Assembly: GCA_036785375.1 (NCBI GenBank)
Contig: JAWMAR010000082.1
Span: forward strand, 2,604,001-2,668,000
Origin: Leucoraja ocellata
Taxonomy: Eukaryota
Direction: 5' to 3'
DNA: 64,000 nt
The translations under genes and the position numbers were made by a program. The notes below the pieces were generated by a model. That model was not told where the DNA came from. It saw only the letters and a list, made by a program, of their open reading frames with translations, and ran no database searches. This document shows positions 13,294 through 24,880 of the stretch, piece by piece (within the stretch, counting starts at the first letter, position 1; every line of letters starts with the position of its first letter).

Positions 13294-13647
13294 CTAGTTG
13301 TTTTCTATTTGCTCAATGTCCAATTCACCATCCAGCTGAAATACATCCTGTGCCACCTCCCCACTCCTCCACGAGTCTTTATCATTCTCGCCTCTCTCAC
13401 AGCTTTGCTTCCCAGTTCCAAACGCTTGCATTTCCTTGCTGCTGGTTTCCCCGTTGCTGGTGGAGGGCTTCTCTAAGTCGCCATGCTGCCGTGGTTCGGG
13501 ACTGCAGGTGGGGGTGGCGCCCGGCTGGGGGGAAGAGTCGTAAAGGCAAGGTGTCCACGTCTTTCCGTTACTTGCGTTGGGCTCCCACAGGCAGCTGTCA
13601 TTGCCGGGGCTGCCCGCAGAGTTGGGGCTGTGAAAGTTCCTGAGATT
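13294..13647 (-). CDS. FAM53B: FAM53B terminal coding exon (117 aa + stop)
   Basis: Pyrimidine tract and acceptor ttcctctttccag|AAT, phase 0, matching the donor at 59870. Ends ...DVFQLDGELDIEQIENN*, the FAM53 family C-terminal signature (human FAM53B LDGELDIEQIEKN). Confidence 0.93.
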   Translation of the reverse strand, partial: NLRNFHSPNSAGSPGNDSCLWEPNASNGKTWTPCLYDSSPQPGATPTCSPEPRQHGDLEKPSTSNGETSSKEMQAFGTGKQSCERGENDKDSWRSGEVAQDVFQLDGELDIEQIENN

Positions 13648-13739
13648 CTGGAAAGAGGAATCAGAGAACAGCGGGTGAAAAGATATTCCTTCACAGTACA
13701 AAGAGCATGTGGTAAACTGCCAGCTTTGCCAAAAGACAA

Positions 13740-14390
13740 GTGAACACTATTAACACTCAGTCCGCCTTGGCCTATTGCGATCTCCCGGTTGCCAAACTGA
13801 CCTTCCACATTCAGAGGGGGGCCCAAATGCAACTTGGAGGAACACCACCCATATTTTGCTTGGGCAGCTTACAACCTAGCAGTATGAATATTGAAGATAG
13901 ACACAAAACGCTGTAGTAACTCAGCGTGTCAGGCAGCATCTCTGGACATAAGGAATGGGTGACATTTCGGGTCGAGACTCTTCTTTAGAATATTGATTTC
14001 TCTAACTGCAAGTAACCCTTCATTTGCTCTCTCATCATACCTCCCCCACCCTAGTTTCACTGTCGTTCTGCTTAGTTTCACTGTTTCACTCATTAGTGAA
14101 ACTCGTTATCACTATCTCCACAGCCAACAATGGGCCATTGTGGGCCCCACCTTCCCTGATCATCATTGCTGGCTTTGATTTGTCCTTTTGCATACCTTTC
14201 ATTCATTTGTTTTCTCTACCTTTTCATATCTCCAGTTTCCCTCTCCCCTGGCTCTCAGTCTGAAGAAGGGTCTCGACCCAAGACGTCAGCCATTTCTTCT
14301 CTCCAGAGATGCTGCCTGACCCGCTGAGTTACTCCAGCATTTTGTGTTTATCTCCGGTGTAAACCAGCATCTGCAGTTCCTTCCTGCACT
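13740..14390 (+). mobile_element. Penelope-like element 3' fragment (GIY-YIG C-terminus + terminal repeat), interrupted by a short insert at 13895-13987
   Basis: Degenerate ...DLPVAK...QLGGTPP/LGSLQPSSMNIDFSN-type coding, then a pyrimidine-rich UTR and the CAGTCTGAAGAAGGGTCTCGACCC...CCAGCATCTGCAGTTCCTT terminus. Confidence 0.75.
13895..13987 (-). mobile_element. Monomeric Penelope-terminus short element nested in a Penelope fragment
   Basis: Perfect 9-bp TSD GAATATTGA at 13886-13894 and 13988-13996. Confidence 0.8.
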
Positions 14391-15034
14391 ATTATTACCA
14401 TTTTGGTTTAGTTTAAAATATTACTTTCACCTAAGCCTTCACCTTGAAATTGTTATTTATTCCTAGACTTGTGATGGGTGCCAGTTCTATAATATCACCA
14501 CAATCAGCCTTCTTCAAATTACAATGTCAGATCTCATCTAATGTTGCACACTACTGCATGCCATTAAAAGGCAGAACAGAAATATTCTGATAGGTATCAC
14601 CACACCTTTCAATAAATCTAAGACAATGTTAGGTTAATTTCACTGGAATGTGCATTTCAGGTTTTCTGTCAAATTGTTGGTGGATGTTGGATGAGGTATT
14701 TATTTCAGCAATAATGGTTGTTAACACAAACTTCCACTCGTTCCACTATTTAGGGGCTGCCCCAAGCTCCAAGTCATGGTTCCCACCTGGGCTCCCCAAA
14801 CCGTACAACCTCCTGACAGTGTAAATCCCCTCCAAACTACTTCCAAACCAACCAAATCATGGCCCCAGTCACAAAATTAAATATGAAAAATCAATCCAGA
14901 TCCGGCCAACCTTTGTTTCGTTCCAGGTAGGATGTTGCCTCACTGTTTCAGCATAATGTTATTGCAAACCACGTGGTTCTGCTTCATGTTTCCAGAATTA
15001 TAATAATCTATACAATTAATAATGTCATGAAATG

Positions 15035-15248
15035 AACTGCAGATGCTGGTTAATACCAAAGATAGACACAAAATGCTGGAGTAACTCAGCGGGTCAGGCA
15101 GCATCTTTGGAGAAAATGGCTAGGTCGTGTTTCGGGTCAAAACCCTTTTTCAGACAAAGGGTCCCAACCTGAAACATCACGTATCCATTTTCTCCAGAGA
15201 TGTGGCCTGACCTGCTGAGTTACTCCAGCGTTTTTGTATCTATCTTTG
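15035..15248. mobile_element. Fold-back Penelope-terminus short element
   Basis: Arms inverted around CCCTTTTTCAGAC|AAAGGGTCC (~15143-15165). AATGAAC on both flanks. Confidence 0.8.
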
Positions 15249-15857
15249 GAATGAACGTAATAATTTTTGTAACCACAACAGAAAATGTGTTGACTCTGGA
15301 ATTCAAGTTAAAAGTGCGCTCACAAAACTAATAGAGGAAGATGATAGTCAAACTGAGGTCAGTGATTTGACTATTGCTACCATTTCATGCTTTTTTCAGC
15401 TGGTCACTTTCACTGAGCTCAGACTGCAGATCTGGGTAGATTGTTCTAATTTCCAGCCATTTAAAACAATAGCTGAAACATCACGCACGATACTCGAATT
15501 TCAGGTATTTCCTTCCTGGACAAAGGAACGTGAATTCAAACGATTTACACTACTATCTTCACAGACCTCAAATTCTGTAGGGCCAGAATTGTGACATTTC
15601 CCTTTACAAAGATGTAGGCCTGTCCAGTCTGCCAAGGTTAATCAACATCTTTTTGCAAGATGTTTAGTAGCGTGCAATATTCTACAGTAAAAAAGTAACC
15701 CAGGTTTGAAGAGTAAATGCCATGCATCACACAGGTATGTTGATGTTCTGGCGATGATCATACAAATGCATCTGGTTTGGGACACCTAATCTGTCTTCTG
15801 CTGCTGCTACAGTTAACTAGTTGGAATTCAAAAACAAAACACAAAGCAAGAAAAGAA

Positions 15858-16176
15858 GGGCGGCATGGTGGTGCAGCGGTAGAATTGCTGCCTTACAGTG
15901 CCAGAGACCCGGGTTCGATCCAGACTATGGGTACTGTCTGTACAGAGGTTTGAACATTCTCCCTGTGACCACGTGAGTTTCCTCTGGGTGCTCCAGTTTC
16001 CTCCCACACTCCAAAGACGTAGAGGCTCGTAGGTTAATTGCCTTCGGTAAAAATTGTAAATTGTTCCTAGTGTGTAGGATATTCCTCGTGTACGGGGTGA
16101 TCGCTACTTGACACGGACTCAGTGTGGCGAAGTGCCTGTTTGCGCGCTGTATCTCTAGGTGAAGTCTAAAGCCTAA
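15858..16176 (+). mobile_element. V-SINE (HE1-like), full length
   Basis: tRNA-derived head with A box (TGGTGCAGCGG) and B box (GGTTCGATCC), V-domain (GTTTCCTCCCACACTCCAAAGAC), CR1-derived tail. Confidence 0.9.
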
Positions 16177-16675
16177 AGGGCCTGTCCCACTTGGGCGACC
16201 TAATCCGCAAGTTCTGACGAGCTTGCCCTCGACTCATACTTGCAGCATGGTCGACGCGAGGTCGTAGGAGGTCTTCGTAACTCTCCTTCATGCTTGAGAA
16301 TGGTCCCTGCGTACTCGAGGCCTCAGCTAGGTCACGCCGTTTTTTTCAATATGTTAAAAAATGCCCGCGAATAAAAATAGGTCGCCATGGAAAAAAATCA
16401 ACTATTTTTACTCGTAGGTTTGGTCGCAGTAGGTCGGCATGTTAGACGTAGGTACTCGAGGGTAGTCGAAGGTAGTCATAGATAGTCTTCATCACAGTCA
16501 AAGGGAGATCGAAGGAGGTCGTCTTCACTCTCCAATATTCGTGGTCCAATTTTCCCGATGTTAGTTGGAGCTAGTCGAAGCTGGTCTTCTACATAGTCAA
16601 AGGAGGTTTTCAACATGTAATTATTTCAAACTCTTCTAAACTTGCCAATTAAGTCGCCCAGGTGGGACAGCCCCT
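16177..16675. mobile_element. PIF/Harbinger-type MITE
   Basis: TIR AGGGCCTGTCCCACTTGGGCGACCTAAT / ATTAAGTCGCCCAGGTGGGACAGCCCCT. TAA TSD on both sides. CpG-rich. Confidence 0.87.
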
Positions 16676-17784
16676 TAAAAGTCAGTCATGGTAATTTGCA
16701 CTAAGAATGCCAAGAAGCTGGGCATCAGACACCTGCTGGCAATCATACCTAGATCTGGGTTGGATCCCGAATAGCAACCCTCTCAACATTCAGCAGCAGT
16801 GTCATTCACTGATTAGGAGGCAGAGATCAGCCATGATTTAATGGCGGAGTAGACTCGACGGGCCGAATGGTCTAATACTACTCTTATAACTTGTGAACAG
16901 TCACCAGCACTGTCGCTCATGGGGTTTATGACTATCCTATCTTGGTGTTGCAGTCTTGCCCACTTCCCAGCTGTTTTTGTTATTCTCCAAAGATACAAAG
17001 CAAAAGAGCAGGAAGGAGTACAGCTCTTTGAGCAACAGTATATCTTGGAACAATGTTAGAATGATGTATGAATGCTGGGTGTTCCCACTTCCATTGTGCT
17101 TTATTGATCTGTCCAAACAAAAATCATAAGAGCTGAACACTGTGAGGAGACAAATGAACAGTTCTGGTCGGGGAGATCGAAAACACAATGTTAAATAGAA
17201 AGAGCAAAATTCTAAATCGGCCAAAATATTCTAAGAGTATCCGGAGAGGGAAAGAATATTGATGAATATGGACAGATTTATTTGATTGCAATACAAATGA
17301 ATGTGAAATTGTAAATATTGCTATGTACAGTTACAGTGTTTGGTGGACTATATGTATATGCAAAGTTTTTTTTTACTTCACAGATGAGCTTCATTCTGAG
17401 TGCTAGTACAGTTTGTTCTTGGCAAAAGATAATTCCAGCGACATTAATCTTGCTTTGGAATCAAATAGGTGAATGATTAATGCCGAGAAAATGATTGTTT
17501 GTCTCTCTCTCACACCTGAATACAACTTGCTTTACTGAATTATGTCGTGAGTGAGAACAACTTTGGGGGGGGGGGGGGTGGAAACAAAAAATTCCTTGCC
17601 TCTGTCTACCCTCAGTAGAAATTTCATCTGAGAGGCTCTCAGTTCAGCACAGACTCAAATCCCAGGCAAGAAGCCGCTGGATTAAAGCATGTGGCACCAC
17701 CTGTGAATATTAGTACAGTTGTTGCCTTTGAAATGCCGATAGTCTCCAATGACCAAAAGGAAGTTGTGACATTTATTTGTGGAT

Positions 17785-17965
17785 TTAGGAGAGAGTTGGA
17801 TGGAGCTCTGAGGGCTGGTGGAGTCGAGGGATATGGGGAGAGGGCAGGCACGGGTTTGTGGGTTTGATGATGTGGGACGATTAGCCATGATCATGATGAG
17901 TGGCGATGCTGGCTCGAGGGGCTGAATGGCCTCCTCCTGCACCTAGTTTCTATGTTTCTATGACA
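17785..17965 (+). mobile_element. CR1 LINE 3' tail
   Basis: GGATATGGGGAGAGGGCAGG...GGGGCTGAATGGCCTCCTCCTGCACC..TTCTATGTTTCTATG. Confidence 0.8.
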
Positions 17966-18044
17966 TTATGACCACAAGTGTGGCAAACAGCAGAGAGGGA
18001 ATCTCATAATTGTCATAACCTTATGCTCCTGGAATGACAGGTAA

Positions 18045-18249
18045 TGCTCCTGCCCCACTTGACGATTTGTTCGGCGACTGCCGGCATCATTGACTGACGT
18101 ACCGGGTCACTGAAACAGTTGCGGCGTGATGACGTATTGGCGCGCGGTGTTTTTTCAAGTGTTGCAACATTTTTTTATCGCCGCTGGATTTTGAAATGTT
18201 CAAAATCTTTTGGCGACGCCGATAAGACGTTGGCAGTCGCCGAAAAAAT
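18045..18249. mobile_element. Truncated Harbinger-type MITE
   Basis: CCTGCCCCACTT start. Sub-terminal inverted TTCGGCGACTGCC / GGCAGTCGCCGAA. Right end lost. Confidence 0.6.
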
Positions 18250-18464
18250 GAGGGGATCAAGCTAAAATGCCAGATCTAGCAGTTCATCTGGATCAGCAGG
18301 TGGACCTCACAAAGATGGGGTCTATTGGCATCTATTTGCAACAGAACAGAAGTCACTATAGAGCCTACAGGATTGAAATGCCATCTGAACTCTCTCTCCC
18401 TCTCTATTAAACACTGCAACCTCCAAATAAACAGAACTACATAGATTTGGGAGCATTGGTTTTA

Positions 18465-18612
18465 TCTTTATGCACTATTACGTGCACGCACGTACACACA
18501 CACTCTGGACTTTTTTTTCTTGTTTATGATATTGTTTACAGAGTACATATTCTGTTGTGCTGCTGCAAGTAAGAATGTCATTGTTCCGTCTGGGACATAT
18601 GCAATAAAACAG
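18465..18612 (+). mobile_element. Rex1-type LINE 3' tail
   Basis: CTGTTGTGCTGCTGCAAGTAAGAATGTCATTGTTCCGTCTGGGACATATGCAATAAAAC. Confidence 0.55.
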
Positions 18613-21103
18613 TCTTGCCTCTCGATTTCCCCACTCCGCCCCAACACTGTGCTGCTCCAGCCCATCTACCTGACCCACCTGCTGCACAGGCTGAGAAGCA
18701 CCAAGGACTATTATCAATCTTATTTGGTCCATTAGCTCAGAATGGCTGACTCAAGCAAAGCTGAACACCAAGTCTGCAGCCTTCCCTTCTGCACGGCACA
18801 TTGGCAGTTCAATTCGCTTAGAATCATGTCAAACTGTGGCTTAGTAAAAATAAATGTGAAATATTCAAGGCAGGATGGCCCCACTGACCACACCGAGGCG
18901 GGAGGAAATATCTGAGTCAATAACTCACAGATAGCTGGCGCTTTCACCTCAGCCATGCTCTCAAGTAGTGTCCCTTATCCTCACCCACCACGGTATTCAA
19001 CACGAGGTTAAAACCAACTAGTTCTTCACCTCGCCAGCATAGAAGAGATTTATTTCACTTTAAATCCAACAGTGGTGTGTGATCAGCCTGAAACCACACC
19101 TCACTCTCAGACCCAGGCACATCGCAATTGTAAATAGTGGAACACCACAGATCAGCTCGTTTCGGCTTCCAGTGCTCTGATTTGCCTGTTTTTTCCGTAA
19201 ACACACTCTAATCTGGACTGGTTTACAATCCATGTATTGCAAAATATCGCTAACATGTCAGGACACCATGAATTTATTAGTAGATTGTTCTTAATTCGGC
19301 TGCTTATTTCAGACCTACAGACTGACGTACAACCGAGCTGTTCCAACACTGTTCTTACAGGTTGTTGATTTCTACTAATGTGCAAATTATTGTGATCGTC
19401 GCTATTAATTCCCTAAAGTCAGTAACTTTTCAGTATGACTTGTTACTGGAGAATACATGCTGTGTTAAATCCACAACAGCGCTTTTCCTTTAGGGCCAAT
19501 ATGATGAAAATAAACAAGACCATTTGTCCACCCACCCCACAATGTTAAACAAAACAAAAGCAACACTTGGCTCTATTCAAAGCTGCAAGATTCAGTGAAG
19601 ACCCTTCATAGTTCAAATATGTAGTATTTGCCTAATGGTCACAATTACAGAGCTCTTGGCATGCAGTTGAAGATCAACTGTCGAAGGAACAATATTAGTG
19701 CATCAATTTAGAGAGGAAAGCGGTGAACAGGACATTTCACATCCATCTACACTGCATTCTCGTGATGCTACGGAAAAAAAATAAAGGGTTGAAATCAAAG
19801 GAGTGTTTTCTCACTGAAGGTTTACAAACTGTTGTGTAGATTCCAAGGTAAGAATGTGTTCCAGCAGATGACAGAGGCTTCAGGTTGAGATTCTCTCTCC
19901 TGAAGGCCACGCAGTCAGCTCTTGGTTCTCTATAGACCCTTCTATAAGCAGTCAATGCCATCCACACAATGCTTTTAGTCCTAGCTACAAAGTTGCTGGG
20001 AGTAGTTTTACAATAACCCTAACCGGCAAAATGCAACAAACCTATTTTCATACCATATATGCTACAATTAACTGGAGTACGTTACAAAGAAACCAATACA
20101 CAATTCTCAACATTCACTTATGCAAATGATAATCTGCATCTGTGGAAATTGAACATTTTCTCTTCATTTTTCCTGGCATCATAATTAATAGGTGTTCATC
20201 AACTTAATTTCAATTTGCTCAGTTTTGCATCTCACTTAAAATGTGGAGCCGGGCATGCAGAGTGAAGTGAGAATACTCACATCTCCAATCATGCAGATCT
20301 ATATCTCTGTACCACCGCTATATTTAGTGGCAAAAACAAACAGATATACAGGGAACCCAGGCTTTTGATCAAAGCATATTCTTACAGGAAATTCAATGAA
20401 AGGTAAACGCCAACAGGAGGGTGATCCACTCATTGCATGGAAATTTGGGTGCTGAGGAAAATGTATCCAAATGATCTATTAAAATGATTATTAAATGAAT
20501 TGGCCCAAAATATATTGCATCCTAATAAAATATGAGGGAAAAGTACCCATGCAGTACTAAACGGAATATTTTAAAGTGAACACAAAGAGATACAGTACAA
20601 AAAAATTGTAAACACCAATACTTTCAGATGCATCAGGCGTTGTGGCAATGGTCATAGGGTCATAATTTGCAAAGTTGTTTTCTAAATGTATTCATTCACA
20701 AGATGTGGGCGAGTTGGCTGGGACAGCATTTACTTGCCAAGTTGAAGGATAGCTAACAAAAAGTATTTCTTTGCACAGGAGATCAACAGCTGGGCCAGGA
20801 AGGGTGATTGAGATCAGCAGATAGGATTTAATTAAAACGGCTGGATGCTGTATCATTGTGGCTTTCAATCTGCCGCCAGTGAGTGGGCTCTGGGAGCCTG
20901 AAGACTATTTCTAAAGAATCCATGAGAGTAGGCCATAAAAATAAAGTAAAGAAGCCACAGTCGAGTCTGTGAATCAGGACAGATTGTCAAAATGAAACTG
21001 AATGCCTTATCTTTTATACCATTTACCAATTTGCTTGGCTTGAAGCCATCTCCATCATGTCCACTTCAAGCATGTACCTGAAGCTAAAGTTGGCGATACA
21101 TCT

Positions 21104-21208
21104 GTGTTTAGATTCTGAAGAAGGGTTTTGGCCCGAAACGTTGCCTATTTCCTTCGCTCCATAGATGCTGCTGCACCCGCTGAGTTTCTCCAGCTTTTTT
21201 GTGTAACC
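21104..21208 (+). mobile_element. Monomeric Penelope-terminus short element with intact hammerhead-like core
   Basis: CTGAAGAAGGGTTTTGGCCCGAAACGTTG at 21115. Perfect 14-bp TSD TTGGCGATACATCT at 21090-21103 and 21209-21222. Confidence 0.82.
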
Positions 21209-21419
21209 TTGGCGATACATCTATTGTGTGAATAAAACCAGACCACATCCTCCAGTAAAATTGGGAAAAGTGCAGAAGGCAGTGGCTGGGAGTTAATTTG
21301 ACACAAGTTGTACTCAGCTTCAGAGTCCTTCCTGCTTTCATGTCACCATTCTTGAAACATTTGTTTTTTAATGGCCATCTGATGGGAGTGTCGATAAGAG
21401 GATAAATTCTCAGCCACAA

Positions 21420-21770
21420 GTTCATGTGACAGGAGCAGAATTAGACCATTCGGCCCATCAAGTCTACTCAACCATTCAATCATGGCTGATCTATATTTCC
21501 CTCTTAACCCCACTCTCCTGCCCTACCCATAACCCCTGACACCCGTACTAATCAAGAATCTACCTGCAATGCCTTAAAAATATCCATTGACTTGGCCTCC
21601 ACAGCCTTCTGTGGCAAAGAATTCCACAGATTCACCACCCTCTGACTAAAGAAATTCCTCCTCATCTCTTTCCTAAAGGAACGTCCTTTAATTCTGAGGC
21701 TATGACCCCTGGTCCTCGACTCTCCCACCAATGGAAACACACTCTATCCAGGCCTTTCACTATTTGGTAA
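21420..21770 (-). mobile_element. CR1 LINE 3' fragment
   Basis: MFPLVGESRTRGHSLRIKGRSFRKEMRRNFFSQRVVNLWNSLP. Confidence 0.9.
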
Positions 21771-21859
21771 GTGATTGGAACTTCAGAGCTCGGTGAAGTG
21801 GTTGGGGTACAAAGCGTAGGACAGAGATACAGAGAGTATTAAGCCTCATTTCACTGAAG

Positions 21860-22268
21860 CATCTCCGTGGATTGTCACCTTGTTGTGGTGGAGAAGATGG
21901 TCCTGAGATCCTGAAAGTGATGCCGTCTGGAGCTATGCTCCTGGTAGGGCCACCCATGGCGGTAAGGTCAAGGGGGAGGTCTCTGACAAAGAGCAATCCA
22001 ACCAAGACCTCAACGGTGGAACAGGCGGAGGATGATGGCTGACTTTAGTGGAGCGTCACAACGGCTGGGAAGGCGGATGAAGGCTGCAGCAGAAAAGGGT
22101 CGCCGGTTGTCTTGGACTCCATGCCACTGGATTCTGACCAAGATCTGTCAAGGACTGTGGGGCGGCTGTCTGTGCACCAACCTCCCCACGTTAAACAAAG
22201 TCACGCACAGGCGTCCTCCATGAGAGGACAGTCATACTCGTTTCGAGTGACCGCCGATGATGATGATG
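21860..22268 (+). mobile_element. Non-autonomous RTE-derived retroposon (RTE 5'UTR head + (GAT)n tail)
   Basis: Head GGATTGTCACCTTGTTGTGG...TATGCTCCTGGTAGGGCCACCCATGGCGGTAAGGTC resembles BovB/Rex3 5'UTRs. Tail (GAT)5. TSD ATTTCA(C/T)TGAAG at 21848-59 and 22269-80. Confidence 0.75.
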
Positions 22269-22473
22269 ATTTCATTGAAGACAGACACTAAGCAGCTCCT
22301 TGGTTCTGGGTATTAAACACCATCTAAGTCAACAGGGTTTGGAAACCAGTGAGACGTTGCATATGCTCTTCCCACTGTTTATATTTGCTGCCATTCAAAA
22401 GATTTCTCGAGGAGAATTCTCACTCCTTTGTTTGCCACGAGGAGGGTTCTCAGGAATCTTTTCACTATTCCAC

Positions 22474-24752
22474 GATGATTAACGGCACATGGAAACGCTC
22501 ATTACTTGATGTTAAGGTTAAACAGGAAGCTGATGTTGGTAGTGACCACCACCTAGTCCTGGCTGTTCTCACAGTAAAACTGAGGAAAACAGGGAGCAAA
22601 AAGACAGGCAGGCAACAGTTTGACGTTGAGAAACTACATGACCCAAAAGTGAAAGGCTCTTTCGTGTTACAATTAAGGACCAGGTTTCAGGCACTAGCAG
22701 ATATGGATGATCACACAGAGCCAAATGCAAATGATATTAATACTGTGTGGGAACAAACCAAAATAGCTTATGTGAAAACCAGTGAAGCCTGCCTGGGGTT
22801 TAAGCAGAAGACAAAAAGGGAGTGGATGACTGAAGACACATGGCAAATCATTGAAAATAGGAGAAAATTAATGAAGCAAATAAATGAGACAAAGTCCAAA
22901 CGGCTGCAAGAAAGATACAAGATGCAGTACCAAGAAGCAAACAAAGCAGTTCAGAGGAAAGCCAGAGCTGACAAACGGGGCGTACCTGGAAGATCTTGCT
23001 AATCAAGCAGAAGATGCAGCTGAGAAAGGGGAGCAAGGGAAGGTCTACAAGATAACCAGGATAATCTGTGGCAAAAATCGTCAAACCACTGAGACACCAA
23101 TTGTAGACAAATAGGGCCGACTCCTAACAACAGAAGCAGAACAAGAAGCTCGCTGGGCGGAACACTTTAATGAAGTACTGAATAGAGCACCGCTTATAAT
23201 AAAGGCTAACACCCAACAAGCAGAGGATGACCTGGACATTAGCACTGAACCACCAACTAAGGAGGAAATTGTTACAGCCATTAAGTCTCTCAAAAGTGGA
23301 AAAGCCCCAGGCCAAGATAACATAACCCGAATGCAAAACTGTTCCAAGGCAGACCCAGAACTTGCAGCTGAAGTATTGGTACCACTTTTCACAGCTATTT
23401 GGGAAAGGAAGGATATACCTGATGACTGGTCAGAAGGAGTCAACATTAGGATACCAGAGAAAGGCAACTTTACGAGAGTGTAACAATTGGAGAGGGATCA
23501 CTCTTCTATCAATTCCAAGCAAGATTCTGGCAAAGATTATTATACAACATATCTCAGAAGTAGTAGACAAACAACTCAGGAAAGAACAGGTAGGATTTTG
23601 TGGTGGGAGGGGCTGCATTGACCAGATATTTGCCCTTCGTAACATTATAGAACAGTGCACAGAGTGGCAGAGACAGATATACATCAACTTTGTTGATTTC
23701 AAGAAAGCATTTGACAGCATCCACCGAGACAGCCTCTGGGGCATACTACGAATGTATGGGATCCCACAGCATGTGGTCGAAGTCATTAAGAGCTTCTACG
23801 CCAACTTATCTTGCAGAGTGGTGAACAGTAACCACACACTCCAAGTGAAGACAGGAGGGTGTGTGATGTCGACGCCACTCTTCAATATTGTTATTAACTG
23901 GGTGATGCATCAGACAACTGAAGACCAAGCAAGAGGCATACGATGGACCCTCTTCTCATCATTGGAAGACCTTGATTTTGCTGATGACTTGGCTCTGGTC
24001 TCCCACACTCACAAGCACATGTAGGAAAAAACGTCCCATCTCAGTGACTTTGCACAACAAATTGGCCTGAAGATAAACCAGAAAAAAATCTGAAGTAATG
24101 ACACTTAACATCTAAAACCCCTTGACAATCCAAGTGAATGGAAACAAACTTCCCATAACTGAGGAGTTGACCTATCTTGGTAGTAAAGTCAGACATGACA
24201 GTGGAGCACACAATGACATCAAGAACCGGCTAAACAAGGCTAGGAATGTTTTCAGAATGCTAAACAATGTATGGAGGTCCCAGCAATACAGCACCAAGAC
24301 CAAGCTGAAGTTATACCTGAGCTGTGTCCTCTCCACCCTCCTGTATGGCTGGGAATGCTGGAGAATGACAGTGAGTGACATTCCATACTAAGAACCTGAA
24401 AAGAATCCTTAGAATATTTTGACCAAACACCAGATCCAACCAAGATCTCTTTGCTCAATGCCAACAAGAGAGCATGGACACCATCATCATGAGAAGGCGC
24501 TGGAATTGGATTGGCCATATACTGAGAAGTGAACCAGACAGCATCCCAAGAATAGCCCTGCACTGGACACCGGAAGGGAAAAGGAAAAGAGGGAGACCCA
24601 AAACCACCTGGTGTCGAACTGTAGAGGAGGAAATGAAAACAATGGAGCTGACCTGGGGTAGTGTCCAGAAGCTAGCCCAGAACACACAGGAGTGGAGGAC
24701 CTTTGTTGCTGCCCTACATGCCAGGAGGCATAATAGGCAGTAAGTAAATAAG
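22474..24752 (+). mobile_element. RTE-clade LINE, 5'-truncated, with frameshifts and stops
   Basis: APE C-terminus (ADVGSDHHLV). RT motifs NWRGITLLSIPSK, FVDFKKAFDSIHR, LEDLDFADDLAL. C-terminal WIGHILR...HWTPEGKRKRGRPKTTW. TAAGTAAATAAG tail. Confidence 0.93.
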
Positions 24753-24797
24753 AGAGATGAGAACGCACTCTCCCTGAAATGTAAAAACAATGCGACA

Positions 24798-24880
24798 GAC
24801 ATAGAAACATAGAAAATAGGTGCAGGAGGAGATCATTGGCCATTCGAGCCTGCACACCGCCATTCATTGTGATCATGGCT
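24798..24880 (-). mobile_element. CR1 LINE extreme 3' tail
   Basis: ACATAGAAACATAGAAAATAGGTGCAGGAGG...GTGATCATGGCT. Confidence 0.75.

Noticed and set aside
15858-15935. tRNA gene-like A/B boxes (also 34089 and 39300)
   Set aside because: These are heads of V-SINEs continuing into the V-domain and LINE tail; no cloverleaf
22349-22473. N-terminal extension of the 217-aa RTE ORF as a possible fusion gene
   Set aside because: Chance read-through from flanking DNA into a truncated, frameshifted LINE
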